From Diplonema japonicum (lineage: Eukaryota; Protista; Euglenozoa: Diplonemea): 64,000 nucleotides of DNA. Below are positions 47,909-59,600 of this stretch, one piece after another (position 1 is the first letter of the stretch; each line of letters starts with the position of its first letter). The notes beneath the pieces were generated by a model. It was not told the DNA's origin. It did no database searches and saw only the letters and a program-made list of their open reading frames with translations. Where the stretch lies: contig OZ025690.1 in assembly GCA_964019335.1 (NCBI GenBank), positions 62,001 to 126,000 on the forward strand, read 5' to 3'. The translations under genes and the position numbers were made by a program.

Positions 47909-48324
47909 TTACACGAAGTCTCGGGGCTGTTTAAAAAAAAATTGTTTTTTCTTAAGTGTCAAGGCATACTCTCACGTATTCAAACCCATTCTGGTGCATG
48001 TTCATCCTCCTGAGCTGGTCTTCGGTGTTAACAACGAAGTTCTTACCGGAGACGAGGGCTTGGCTGAAGGTTTGTTCCCTTACCTTGTCCACCCGCGAGT
48101 GGAGCACCTTCTTGTCCGAGTCTATCCTGGCTGAGATGTGCCCGTCCGCGATAAGCTGCGCAACCTGTGCCTCCAAGTCAGGCGTCGTGTACCCAAACGC
48201 CTCCGCCATCTTGTTCAAATCAATGGTGAGATAAGGACAGGTGTATTGTTTGAACCACCGTTGCGTGATGGCCTCATAGAGAGCAGGGAGGTGCGCTTGG
48301 ATGAACGGGTCATATTCGAGCTGC

Positions 48325-48357
<33 letters not shown>

Positions 48358-49228
48358 CCAATACCGTGCTTCGAGCCGAATTCAAAGCTTGAAGACCGGA
48401 CTTATAATTAGAAGCGGCCAGATCTTTAATCGCTTGGAACAGAACAGGGTTGAGGTCGAAGAAGGGTCGGAAAGCGTTGTTGCCTAACACGTTGGACTTG
48501 ATCTCTTGCCGAGTAAATGTTGCGCAGACGAGGACAGCCGCGTATGTTACTATATCGGAGCCAGGGAGGGTTTCTGCAAAATGGTCGCCGAGATCGCCGG
48601 GGATGTCTAATAGTTTTTGAGCTGCGAGTTTGTACTTTTTCGCGTCGAGATGGAGAAGAGCTTGTGCTGCACGAATTTTTCCTTTGCAGATTTTGTCTTT
48701 TGAAGCTTCGGTCTGCTCCGCCCGTGAGCAGTGCTGGTTCACGATTGTCCAGGACTGCGCTTCGATCCCTGTGGTCACAACATCGAGACACATTTCTAAA
48801 ACGTGTGCAGGAGTTGTGCAGTAGTCCCGCATTTTTGCATAGTGTTTCATTGCGCTCTGAAGCATCCCCTTCTCGTAGTAATGCCGTCCCAGCTCTTTCA
48901 ACGCTTGCCGCGAATCTTCTTTTTTCACGCCTGTCTTCGCCATTCCGAAATTGTGCTCTAGCTTCATCAGTTCTTTCGTCGCGTCTTCGGTCACCTTGGC
49001 TACCAGTTTTGTGTCCTCTGCCACGTCGTAGCCTCTTGCCTGCATTTTCGCCACCGTTTCTGTGTACATTGTCATCCTTTTAGTTTGCTTCAACTCCTCC
49101 AGTGCCATCAGGCCAGCCTGCTCCCGGTGTTCTTTCCTGCCGTTGTCAAAGATGTAGAGGAGCCTGCTTATCTTAACCCCACCTGGGGCGTACTCCTTCA
49201 TGTACTCGACTAGGTCAAATGGTGTCAT
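47909..49228 (-). CDS. CSN1: COP9 signalosome subunit 1, 3 exons, ~410 aa
   Basis: KMRDYCT, KYKLAAQKLL and ATFTRQEIKSNVLGNNAFRPFFDLNP, plus a PCI domain (QYTCPY...MAEAF...ISARIDS). Introns 48321..48364 and 47927..47969. Confidence 0.87.
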
Positions 49229-49515
49229 TTTTTTTTTTTTTTTTTTTTTTTTGCGTGTGTGTTTTTGTGTGTGTTTACTGAAGTGAAGTTTACAAATTTC
49301 AAAAAGAAAATTTTAAAAAAGGAAATGTGTGTGTGTGGGGGGGGGGGGGGGGGGGGTCCATTTGTTGGGGTTCTTTTTTTTTTTTTGGTGTCCTGAGAGG
49401 CCGAATTAAAACATTTATTCCCTTAGTTCCTTTTTTCTTCTTCTTCCCCTGCTGAAAAGAGGGATTTTTCTTTTCTCTTTTTTTTTTTTTCTTCTTTTTT
49501 CTTTTTCTCCCCCAG

Positions 49516-49731
49516 TCATGTTGTTCCGTGGTAGCTGTACACCTTGTAGACTCCTTCGTCTTCCTTCAGAACTGGGTTGTTTGGGTGTACGCACAGGCTT
49601 TTTGGACACTTTCCCGGCTTCGCTCCGAGGCCCTTGTTTGTTTTAACCCAGTCATTCAGGGTAACATTCCACTCACTACATATCATATCCTTCTTGTCGG
49701 TGCTGTGCCAGTACTCGTCGAATGGCGGCAT
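49516..49731 (-). CDS. small hypothetical protein (71 aa)
   Basis: ATG-started, complex-composition ORF on the cluster strand, flanked by homopolymer spacers. Confidence 0.55.
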   Translation of the reverse strand: MPPFDEYWHSTDKKDMICSEWNVTLNDWVKTNKGLGAKPGKCPKSLCVHPNNPVLKEDEGVYKVYSYHGTT

Positions 49732-50634
49732 TTTCTTTTTATTTCCCCACCCTTTTCTCCCCCCTCCTTGTGTTTGCCTGTTCTTTTTTTTTTTTCTCCC
49801 CCGTTGTGCACGTATGGCATTTCCTCAAGATCCCGGACAGCTTAGAGGGGTCTGACCCCACTCCTGCCGTTGCAGTGTCTATAAGAAAGGCAGGTTATTA
49901 AGAGTCCCCTTACGACCTTTCGAAACTGTGGCAAGCACACCAACATAGGTGACGAGAAGAAGGTTTTCGATGTGAGGGGTGAACTCCACCCGCTGCCAAA
50001 AAAAAGAGAGAAAAAAAAAAGAAAAAGAAACAGGCTTTTGCTTTGTTTTGTTTGTTGATCTATTTGAAACATAACAGTAGAAAAAGAAAAAAAGTAGCTG
50101 GACCTCCAGATTCCATGCTTAAAAGAGGAACTGGCCGTTGTTCTTGTTCGTGCCGGGGAAAACCTGGAGCAGCTTGTAAGCCCGAATGTTGCCAACGTTT
50201 CCCTTTTGTTTAGTCAAGTCAAAAGCTCTTCTTGCAGAAGAAAGAGGAAACAAAAAAAAAAAAAAGAAGAAGAAAAAAATAAAACACCCCTTTTCGGAAG
50301 AAGAAAAAAAAATGGGGGTATTTGCCCAGGGCCACCAAAAGTATTTAATTTCACTATGATGAGGAAACGAAGTGGCTAGCAACGGCCGCGGTGGCCGTGC
50401 CTACCTTGCTGACCCACCGTAGTGCATAGCTAGACGTTCTATTTCTTTTTCTCATCTTCCTCAAGATCTTTTGAAAACTCACCCCCCCCCCCCCCCCCCC
50501 CAGCGTAATCTGTTCCGTTAGAGGGGTAAATTAAAAATCTTTTCAGAATGATAGCTTTTACAGGGAAATCACCAGGGTAAACGTATGTTGGTATAAGAAA
50601 AAAAAACTTCAAAAACCTACGACGGTACAAGTCT

Positions 50635-53600
50635 CTAGGAACTAGCAAGATGCTCCATACTCCGCCTGAGATACTCCAAAAGAGAAAGCCCGTCTTTGTT
50701 CTGAGCAATGAGACTCGCGGTGTTAGCTCCGTGCGTGTGTGTATGAATCGATGTAGGGATGGACACCTCAGTTGCTCTGTTGAATGACGGCCAGTGATAG
50801 TGCAACGAGTCGTTTAGGTGTCTTATGGCGTCCAGGTCCTCTGTCTGTATCTTCGAGATCTTTGTCAACGCTGCGAGGAATTCGGAAACTGCTTCGCGGT
50901 CCGGAAGCTGCAACCTCTTCGTGTTCCACGAAGCAACTCCCGAGCCGCTCCGGTGCAGGATAATGGAGTTAGCCTGTGCAGAAGCACGTCCTATAGCAAC
51001 CAGCCTCGCGTTCCAATCCATGTTCAGGACACGCCCTTTCGAAATCTGGCACACTCTGTGCGTTGATATCACGTAGTAAGTGTTAGGAAAGATCCCCTCC
51101 GAGTGGTGCACGTAGTACTCAGTGCCCAACCGTTCCCCTGTGTTGTGCAGAATGTTCAGCTGGCACAGCATATGGTACACCTCCGAGCAGGTCCGGTTAT
51201 AAGGTGACAGAACACCGTCCATAATAACCCGTGGGTGACGTCGTCTCAATGAGCTCTGCGGGCCATTAATGTGTGCGATGCACCCGTTGCACACTGCGCT
51301 GACAAGTTCAAACACACCTTGTGGCGGCTTTGTCACGACTCCGATTACACCGCATACTGTGCCTTTACCGAAGCCTACTACGCCGCGTTTCTTCCCGCCA
51401 TAGTATGGTTTTACAACAAGGCCTGATATGCCCAAGCCCATTCCAAAGCACAGACGTGTGAAGCCTTCACGGAACCCGTGTGTGAACCCACGTGGGGCAC
51501 GGACACGGAGGTGGATTCGATGCCGTCTCTGATACTTCTCGTCGCCTCCCACTGCGTCGATGACACCCAAGAGTCTTGACACCAATGTGCACACCGCCGC
51601 CACCAACACCAACAACGCTGTTATGACCTGTGCAAGAAGCGCCACAGCACCCTTCACCACACCCTTCCCGAACCCGCCGAGTGACGCTGCCGAGAGACCC
51701 TTCGTGATCTCAGCTGCCATGTTCGCCACGCCCTTGGAGAGCGACGACAGGACCTTTGAAGGGTTCCCAACAGTGGAAGCACCGAGGACAACAACGCTGG
51801 ACTTCAAAATGGACGGGAGGTAGTGGCGGATGAGGATAGTGGTGAGCTCCTTCCTGCGGATCATCAGGTTCGCGGCTCGAAATTCCGGAAGCTTCACCTG
51901 CGCCTCGTCAACGGAGAACAACGACAACCCCCAGGACTGCATGAAGGGCATGACGTCCGAGGTGCCGCCCAGAACACCAAGCCATGTGATTTCCGGTTTG
52001 ATCTTGTGCACGAGGAGCTCCCCCAACCGTAGGTACACATGGTTCGTCTCCCCGCCCGGTGGCTGCGGCTCCCTATTAATTATGTTGCTGAGCCGTTTCT
52101 GTCCAACCTTTCTGCTCGCAAGAACGTTTAAAACCTGCGAGAATCCCATGAACAACGACAAAACGTCCGCGTCGCCAAGGGTAAGCTTCATCGGCTGCAA
52201 GAAAACCCCCATATACCCGATCTGAAGCACGTGGGACTTGTAGTAAGCCTTCGCAAGTGAAAGCTGCATGAAGGGACGGCTCTCCTTGCGGTCCAGAGCT
52301 CCCAGGATGACGGGGAAGTCCGCGTGGCCCATCGAGTTGTCGATCTGGAAGGTTTTGATGGTGAGCCTTCCGGAGTAGTACCCGTCGTCCTCTTTGATGA
52401 CCACGAAATCGACTCCTCCAATATCCACAAAGATGATTTCCCTCAAGATGCCCCCAACCTCTCCGCAGATGCTGAGATTCAACGAGACAGAGCTGTCTAT
52501 GATCAGTGGGTATTCTTCTGCAGCTACAGGGACTTCCATGGGTGGTTCTTCTATTGCCTGCAATGGTTCATCTGGTTCTCTGAAGATCCATTCTAAGTAC
52601 ACGCATCCGAAGTCTTCCTTCCCATGTGCCCTTACCAGTGCCCAATCGGCGCTTCCGGGTCTTGCCTGCAGTTCGAACCTCTTCCTTCCGGTCTTCCCTA
52701 GCTTTGCTTCCGAGACTTGAATGATAACCTGGCCTAGAAAGTCGTCTGTAAGCACGTCGCTGTCCCACAGTGTCACGATTAGGACACCGTCGCTGCCACG
52801 GATCCCGAACGTCTTCCAGTCTCCGTCGCCCCACACGGGGTTCACGTTGTTCCTTATCACATCTGTCTTGTGTGACCCGTACAAGGGTACCTTCCCGTCA
52901 AGCCGCAGTGTGCAGTAAGGGTCGCTTGTGTTCTCCCCACATATCTTCCTGTCCCTCCCGATGAGGTCTTCTGCTTGCACCACCCTCACGTGGAATCTGC
53001 ACGTCTGGTGGCCTGGTATGATCACCAAGCAGATGCTTCTCTTTGCAAGCCTCACCTTTATGTCGAAAGGACAGTCATGCTGGATGCTGATGTACTTTAT
53101 GCAGTCTTCGCTTTCACTCAGCTTCGTGACATCCACCTGCGCCACAACCTCATGCTCGCCATACGCCAGCCTCACGCGGACCGGCTGCGTGGTTTCTAGC
53201 TCGTCGATCCAACTGTTGAAATCATGAAATCGTAACACAAAGCATACCAGTCGGCGTTAGCCATTGCAGGGCAGACGTACTCGTGGTTGGTCTTTTCTTG
53301 CCATATCTGAGCGGGCCAGCATGTTTGGTTGCATAATTGGAACGGTGGGACGATGCTGTGAGTGGTGTGAAATGAGGTCATGTTGCTGCACACCTTGTGG
53401 AGAACTCAATGAACGAAACGAAAGACTCGACACTGCAGTTCACGTTTAAACAACAGACGAATTCGTTTTGTGGGCCGTAGAGCTGTGGGTGGAGGTTAAA
53501 GATATTTTCTTCATCGCAATATACCTTAACGCGTCCTGATACTATTGTAGGGCAGAACTTGGGGGACCAGACCTGGGAACCTTTGAGCCGCACTTGGAGG

Positions 53601-56600
53601 AAAGGTGGTGAGCTGCTGGAGAACGAGACACCGTGCTTCGTGGAGCCCCACTGGACGGGGTGCTTGGCGTTGCTGGGAACAGATGTGACCAGCGAGTCTT
53701 TGTAGTCACAGACAGACAGCTCGATGTGCTTAGCAGACTTGTTGCACGCCACGAACTGGTCGGTGAAGGTTACAATTCGTGTTTTGCAGAACACGGCAGG
53801 CGCTGTGACCGTGGTCACTGATATCGGCACGCACTTCCTGCTGCCTGCCCTCTCAACAGAGCAAACCACGCTTCTGTGCCCCAGTTCGCCACACGTAAAC
53901 ACGCTGCTGTTAGTCCCTTCATCGATTGACACTTTGGTCCTCTCCGTGAATTCGTCCTCCGAAGGCGTGTACATCACAGGTTCCCCCCGCACAGCCCCGT
54001 ACCCGTCCTTGCTCACAAACATGTCTGTGTCTCGTCGTAAGCACGCTGTGAATTTTGAATATTTCTTCAGGTGCAGTCTCTTGCAGGTTTCAAGACTCAT
54101 CTGATTCAGGATCCACAACGGGGCCCACAGGGTCAGCTCCGTGTCGACATCAAGAGAGCTGTGCGTGAGGAACAGCTTTGTCGTGCTTTGTCCTTGCACT
54201 TCCTTGAAGTAGCATGGGATGTCGTAGCCCACGGTGACGACGGAGTGCGGGATGGCGATGGGGTGGCTGCGCTGCTCGTTCTTCGTTAGCATAGCAAAAG
54301 ATATCTTTACATCGATACCGCTGGAAACACCAAGCAGAAAGGCAGACTTCCCAGGTTGCACAACCTGCGGGTCGGTGGCGTTGGCTATGTCACGTATAAG
54401 GTCAGACACGACACTCTTGTCGGGGGGGTGCTCGAACTTATGGTCCACACCCCACCCGGCCTCCCGCAGCACAGGTTCCACTAAGACAGCCGTTTCGCTC
54501 TCGAGAAGCTCCTTTATGGCAAACTCCACTTCAAAGCTCCATGCTTCGCACCCATCTTTGAGGTGCGGGGTCAGGCAGTCTATTACATGCTGCACCTCCG
54601 GTATTTTTGACGTGTTGCTTCCAGCCCCTATCGTGTACCTGATAGGCACAGGAAGTAGGTTCACGAACTTTGCCGTTGGCCTAATAATAATTTGCAGGTC
54701 CATCGCTGACAGCTCCTCCTCGACGTTCGTGGTCGGCACAGCATTGTAGCTCCACATCGGTTTGTACACAGCTGACAGAAAGCATCCGTTTGCAAGTCCA
54801 TGTCTGCTGAGCTTCGCCTGCTGCTCCCCAGTAGGGATCGGGTGAGATGTGATGGTGCACTGCACGGGTATTCTCTTGTTCGCCGCACCCTGATCTCCCC
54901 TCCAGGCATGCGCCTTGTTCAAGAAGTAAATAGGGATGCCCTTTGTACTTTGAACTGGGGATATCGGCGATGACCACGTAACGCACTCCAACTCCTTGCG
55001 GTCTCGAGACTGCATGCCTTGCATGTCAGAAGCTATGATTTTCTCCCGCCACACCTCACCGTCCGCATCTGCAAGAGCTGAAGGGAGGGGTCGGACGTCA
55101 AGTGAGGCGCCCTTTGTGATGAAAAGGAGGGGCAGCGCCACGACGTTGTTCAAAAACGATGTCGTTGGCGGGACGATGATGAGGGGGTCGGCAATCTCGG
55201 GGGAGCCGCAGGTCTCGGCGATCTTTCTAACCTCGGAGAGGGCGGGGTGGTGCAACCGCACTGCAAGGGGAAAGTCGCAGTCGTTTCTGAGAAGCACGGA
55301 CGACCGGACGGTGGTTTTAAGACGACCCTCTTGGACAGCTGTTTGTATCACACATTTAGGTAGCGGTGCCCTGCAACACCTCTGCACAATGCTGAGGATG
55401 CCAAATGACGATGGTGTCAGTACTATACGGTTCGACCGGCTATGCGTCACGGCGCACGGCCTGTTGGTTGTGAAGGCTGCTGCGATAGTGATGCTGCGCT
55501 TGCCCCCGACAGCATCATGCGTCAGATGAGCGTAGCTTTGGTACAGCGCCGAGAGGCGCATCTCATCTCCGTACTTGAGCACCACGATGAGCGGAAGACA
55601 CATTTCGTTGCACACGGTGTACCCCGCTGTGTGGACCACGCGTTGCCGGATCTTTTTGGCTTCCGTTTTATCGAACCTTCTGAGGATCTCGACCACTCCT
55701 AGCAGCGTCTGGGTGCTGACCGTCATGGAAATTGTGTCGCCAGCATCGTTCGGGTCGCCAACCTTGCGCCAGGGTTCCATCGTAATAACGGTCTTGTACC
55801 CCAAGCGGGAATTCTTCTGCTGGCGTAAAAGGGACATTTTCATTCCCAGGTCAAGCATCATGTCCCAATGCCCGCTTTGAATGTTGTGGCATTCCACGGC
55901 ACCTGCATATGTTGTGTCTATGTGTGCCTCGATGTCGCTTATGCTTATGTCACAGGACTGGGTCATCGGGAGCGTGACTATGCCGGCAATGTTGATCGAG
56001 TCGCATCTGCTTCGTATGACCTCCAGCTCGAAGCCCGACAGATCGTCTAAAAGGACGAACGAGAGCTTGTTGAAGTTCCCCAACACCTCCATCGAGAACG
56101 GCTTCATGTTCCTTCCCCTCATTGACACTTGCGGTGTTGCTAGGCTCTCCACGACATCGTCAGGTTCTATATTGGGAATGATCACTTTGTAGAAGTCTTT
56201 TATGATATCACGTAAATCGAGGACGTCGCCTACAGTCAGCCTCAGCTCCGCCCAGTTGTTCTCCGGGCCCATTGCATTGAGCGACCCTGTTATCCGAAAA
56301 GAGCCCACAAACTTCTGAAGATTGTCCTTCCATTCCCTCCCCATTACGATGTTCATCGGGTGAACGTGCAACAGGTTCTTACCCACCGTGTGGTCCTTGC
56401 AGTATTTCGTCCCTGGAAGCGGGTTCTTATCGCATCCTTGGAACACACACACTGTCTCGGAGTATTTCCATCCTCCTTTCACGCTCAGCTCGGCAAGCCC
56501 CATCTCTATCTTCGTTTCCCCCCTCTTCGGGATCAGTGCTTCGAAGGAGTCGGACACTGTGATTGTGAACAGCCTTCCCTCTCTCCCACTCCCTTCCAAG

Positions 56601-59600
56601 GAGATCCTGGTCTTGCTGTTTAGAAATTTTACACTGATACCGTCTCTGACGAGCGGCATCCCCGCTGACTTGGGGGGCGACATCTTCATCCGTTTCAACC
56701 GTAAGTTAGAAACGCTGGCTCCCTCATCAGGGTTCATGACCTGGTTGAAGGTGTTCACCGTAGACACGGTGCAGTTCTTGCCGAAGCTGACGGAGGAACT
56801 CTTCGGGATGTTGAAGTACTGGCTGAGGGGTATTGTCGCGTACTGCATGGTGCTTCGTTGGAAAGGGAAACGGACTTTGAAATGCGTGCTGTGAAAAACA
56901 ACGTTAGTGAAGTCTTGCAACACGATCGGGTGCACCCAGTCGGTGTAGGTATGGCTGCTGCTTCCATCGACGGTAGATGAACGACGCCACTTCCGGTACT
57001 GGTCCGGGTCCATGTTCAAATTAATAACAAGAAAGTGAGCTGGTTCAATGTGCACTTCAGCATTCCGCTGACACTCTGTTGAATGAGGTGCGATGACCCA
57101 ACGTTTACCTCTACCGCCGCTTAATGTGATTTCCGGTTCCTTGACGTTCCATGTGAAGCTGTCGTTGCCAATGTGTTCTAGATCCTCCTGACGGACTACG
57201 ACATCTTCCTCACTCCGTGCTGACATTGCGGGCAACATTTGTGGGTCTACTCTACTCGCTGATGTTACTCTCATCAGGGCCGACACAAAGTCCATCGATA
57301 GGTTTGCGCTCATCGGTTTGATGTCCACCTCTATGTTGTACCGCACGTTGACGCTCGGGCTGTCCTCTAAAAGGTATTCAAAATAAACAAGGTTATCCCT
57401 GCCTGTGATGTCGTCCTCTTCCATCCCTTGCCAGTTGTACAGCAGCGGCGGAGCTGCTGATGTTATCGTCGTCACCACCTTCACCCTCGGCTGCATCAAT
57501 CGAACCGAAAGCTTGTTGTTCATCATCAGCATCTCAATGCTGAGATTGGTCATTAACACCTCGCACACAGGCATCCTCCCCCTGCTTGCCTCGGACAACA
57601 GTGTGATGTTGAAGTCGCCCCCTGTCACTATTAAAGTAAGCGACAAGTCTGATGTGACATCAGCATAGGAAACAGGTTCTATCTGGATCTCATCACAGTC
57701 GACGTATGTGTCTTGAAGAAGAATGTCTGTTGTGTCGTCGGAGATGCTTTCCGTGATGAGGGACACTCTTTGGATGTACTCAGGGGCAAGCATCATGGAG
57801 GACTGGAAAAGAACGATGTTCAAAGAAGTGGACTTGTCCTCGAAGCACTTCTCCAGCTTGATAGCGAACTGGATTCCCTCCGACATCACACTCCCGATGT
57901 CTAGCTCAGCGTCTTCGATAAACTCTATCATAATGCACGCGTTGCTTCCTGTTGGGCCCATCAGGCTTCCACCAGCTGCGGACCCTGTCAGTACCAACCC
58001 GTTCATTATCAGTCTTAACGCGCTTCGACACTGGTCCACCTCCAGGGTTCTGTACGGCACTAGAACCGTCACATCTGTTATGACAACATCTACATCCCAC
58101 CTCGAGTACAGTAGGTCACCGGGGTGTACCTTGGCTTGCATTCGCTTTGCTTTCCAGTTTTCCAAGCTGTAGTATGCACTGCAGGGAAACAGTACCATGC
58201 CTCCTTCAACTCGGCGTCTGTCGTCAGGTTCATCATACAAGTCTCTGTCCACGATCTGGCACCCATACCTGTCGACCACATACTGCACTGGGAGGTATTG
58301 GACCGTTTTGACAGGAAAGAAATTGCAGAGCTGCCGGATCGTCTTTGCAGAGTACGTCAGGTGGACCGACCCGATGTACCCCCACAGCCTCACCACGTCC
58401 TCGTTGAGCCTGCACACGTAGCTCATTTCCAAAGCCCACTGTTTGCTGGATGACACCGACAACACTGTGTTGAACCTGGACACGTAGAACTCAGGCCTTG
58501 TGTCAATACTTTTCACCTCTACTTTACCTATTTTGCAGTCAAACCTAGTGTCAACCGGTGTTGTCTTTACCCTGAACCACGCACCGGGTGGCGATACAAG
58601 GACCTTGAATAGAGGCTTGGCAGGACCGCCTTCCTCGGAGACTTGTAAGTTTGTGCAAACCGACTCGACCTTGAAATCGAAGAATGTAACCTTGCTGAGC
58701 GGTGCGGAGTTCGGGAAAACGGGTTCGTAGCAAGGCCATGCAAAGGCGTTGATGATCTCGGGCACTCCGAGGATGGGGTCCGCCCACTCCATCAAGCTGG
58801 CGATGGTCTGCGGGAGGACTGTCCTGTCGAGGAAGAACCTCACATTACCAACACAGCCGTGCACTGCGAGTGATGTCATCCCCTTCTGTGTGCACCATAA
58901 CGACCTGTCTGACGTAGACATCACAACAGATGTGTAGAAACCCAGGGGTGCTGAAAGGCTCTTGGCATCGTGCAACCATGGTTGGTTCACCTCGGAGGCA
59001 GTTGGAGTGAAATTCCCCCGCCATCCCCCTTTAGGTGGGTGTGCAGGAGGCATCCTTCTGTCGTGGGCTTCCGTGGTTGAACTCAGATGGCAGAACGGGT
59101 GGAAGACGTGCATCGGTGAGGGGTGCGAAAATAGAGTATTCCGGTTAAATTCCGCCTGCGCCACTCCGTCGCCCAGTGCCACCCACTGCTTACGTAGCTC
59201 CCAGTAGCCCTCCATGTCACCATCACTGAGGCATGACTGGATGCTGACGGAATCTGAAAGGCTGTCGTTTTCGGGCAGGCGCGATGCTTGGAGCATCTCA
59301 CGCCTGATGCCCTCCTCCCAACCCACCTCCTCTTTGCGCTCCCATATCTTGCACTCCTTGAGGCCCATGTCACCTATTTTATCGTAGAAAGTACTGCCAT
59401 TCTCAAACCACCACCCCTTCACCTGCAGAATCCATATCGTGGAGTAGGAGGCGTCACAGACTTTCAGCTCCAGCCGAGGGGTAGTCAGGTAAGCGTGTGA
59501 CTTGAAAAAAGCCGGCTTCGGAAAGCCCTCTGAGTCCAGACGGCCGTGCTTCGAGGGTCTGTTCTGCCTAGCCGGGACAGTGTGTGGGTGCTGCCAGCTG

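Larger units (their letters stand above)
194..53393 (-). other. set of 25 predicted spliceosomal micro-introns (31-61 nt)
   Basis: Donors: GTATG x17, GTGTG x4, and GTACG/GTATA/GTATC/GTATT once each. Acceptors: CAG x18, AAG x4, TAG x3. Removal gives a continuous reading frame and often restores a conserved motif. Confidence 0.85.
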
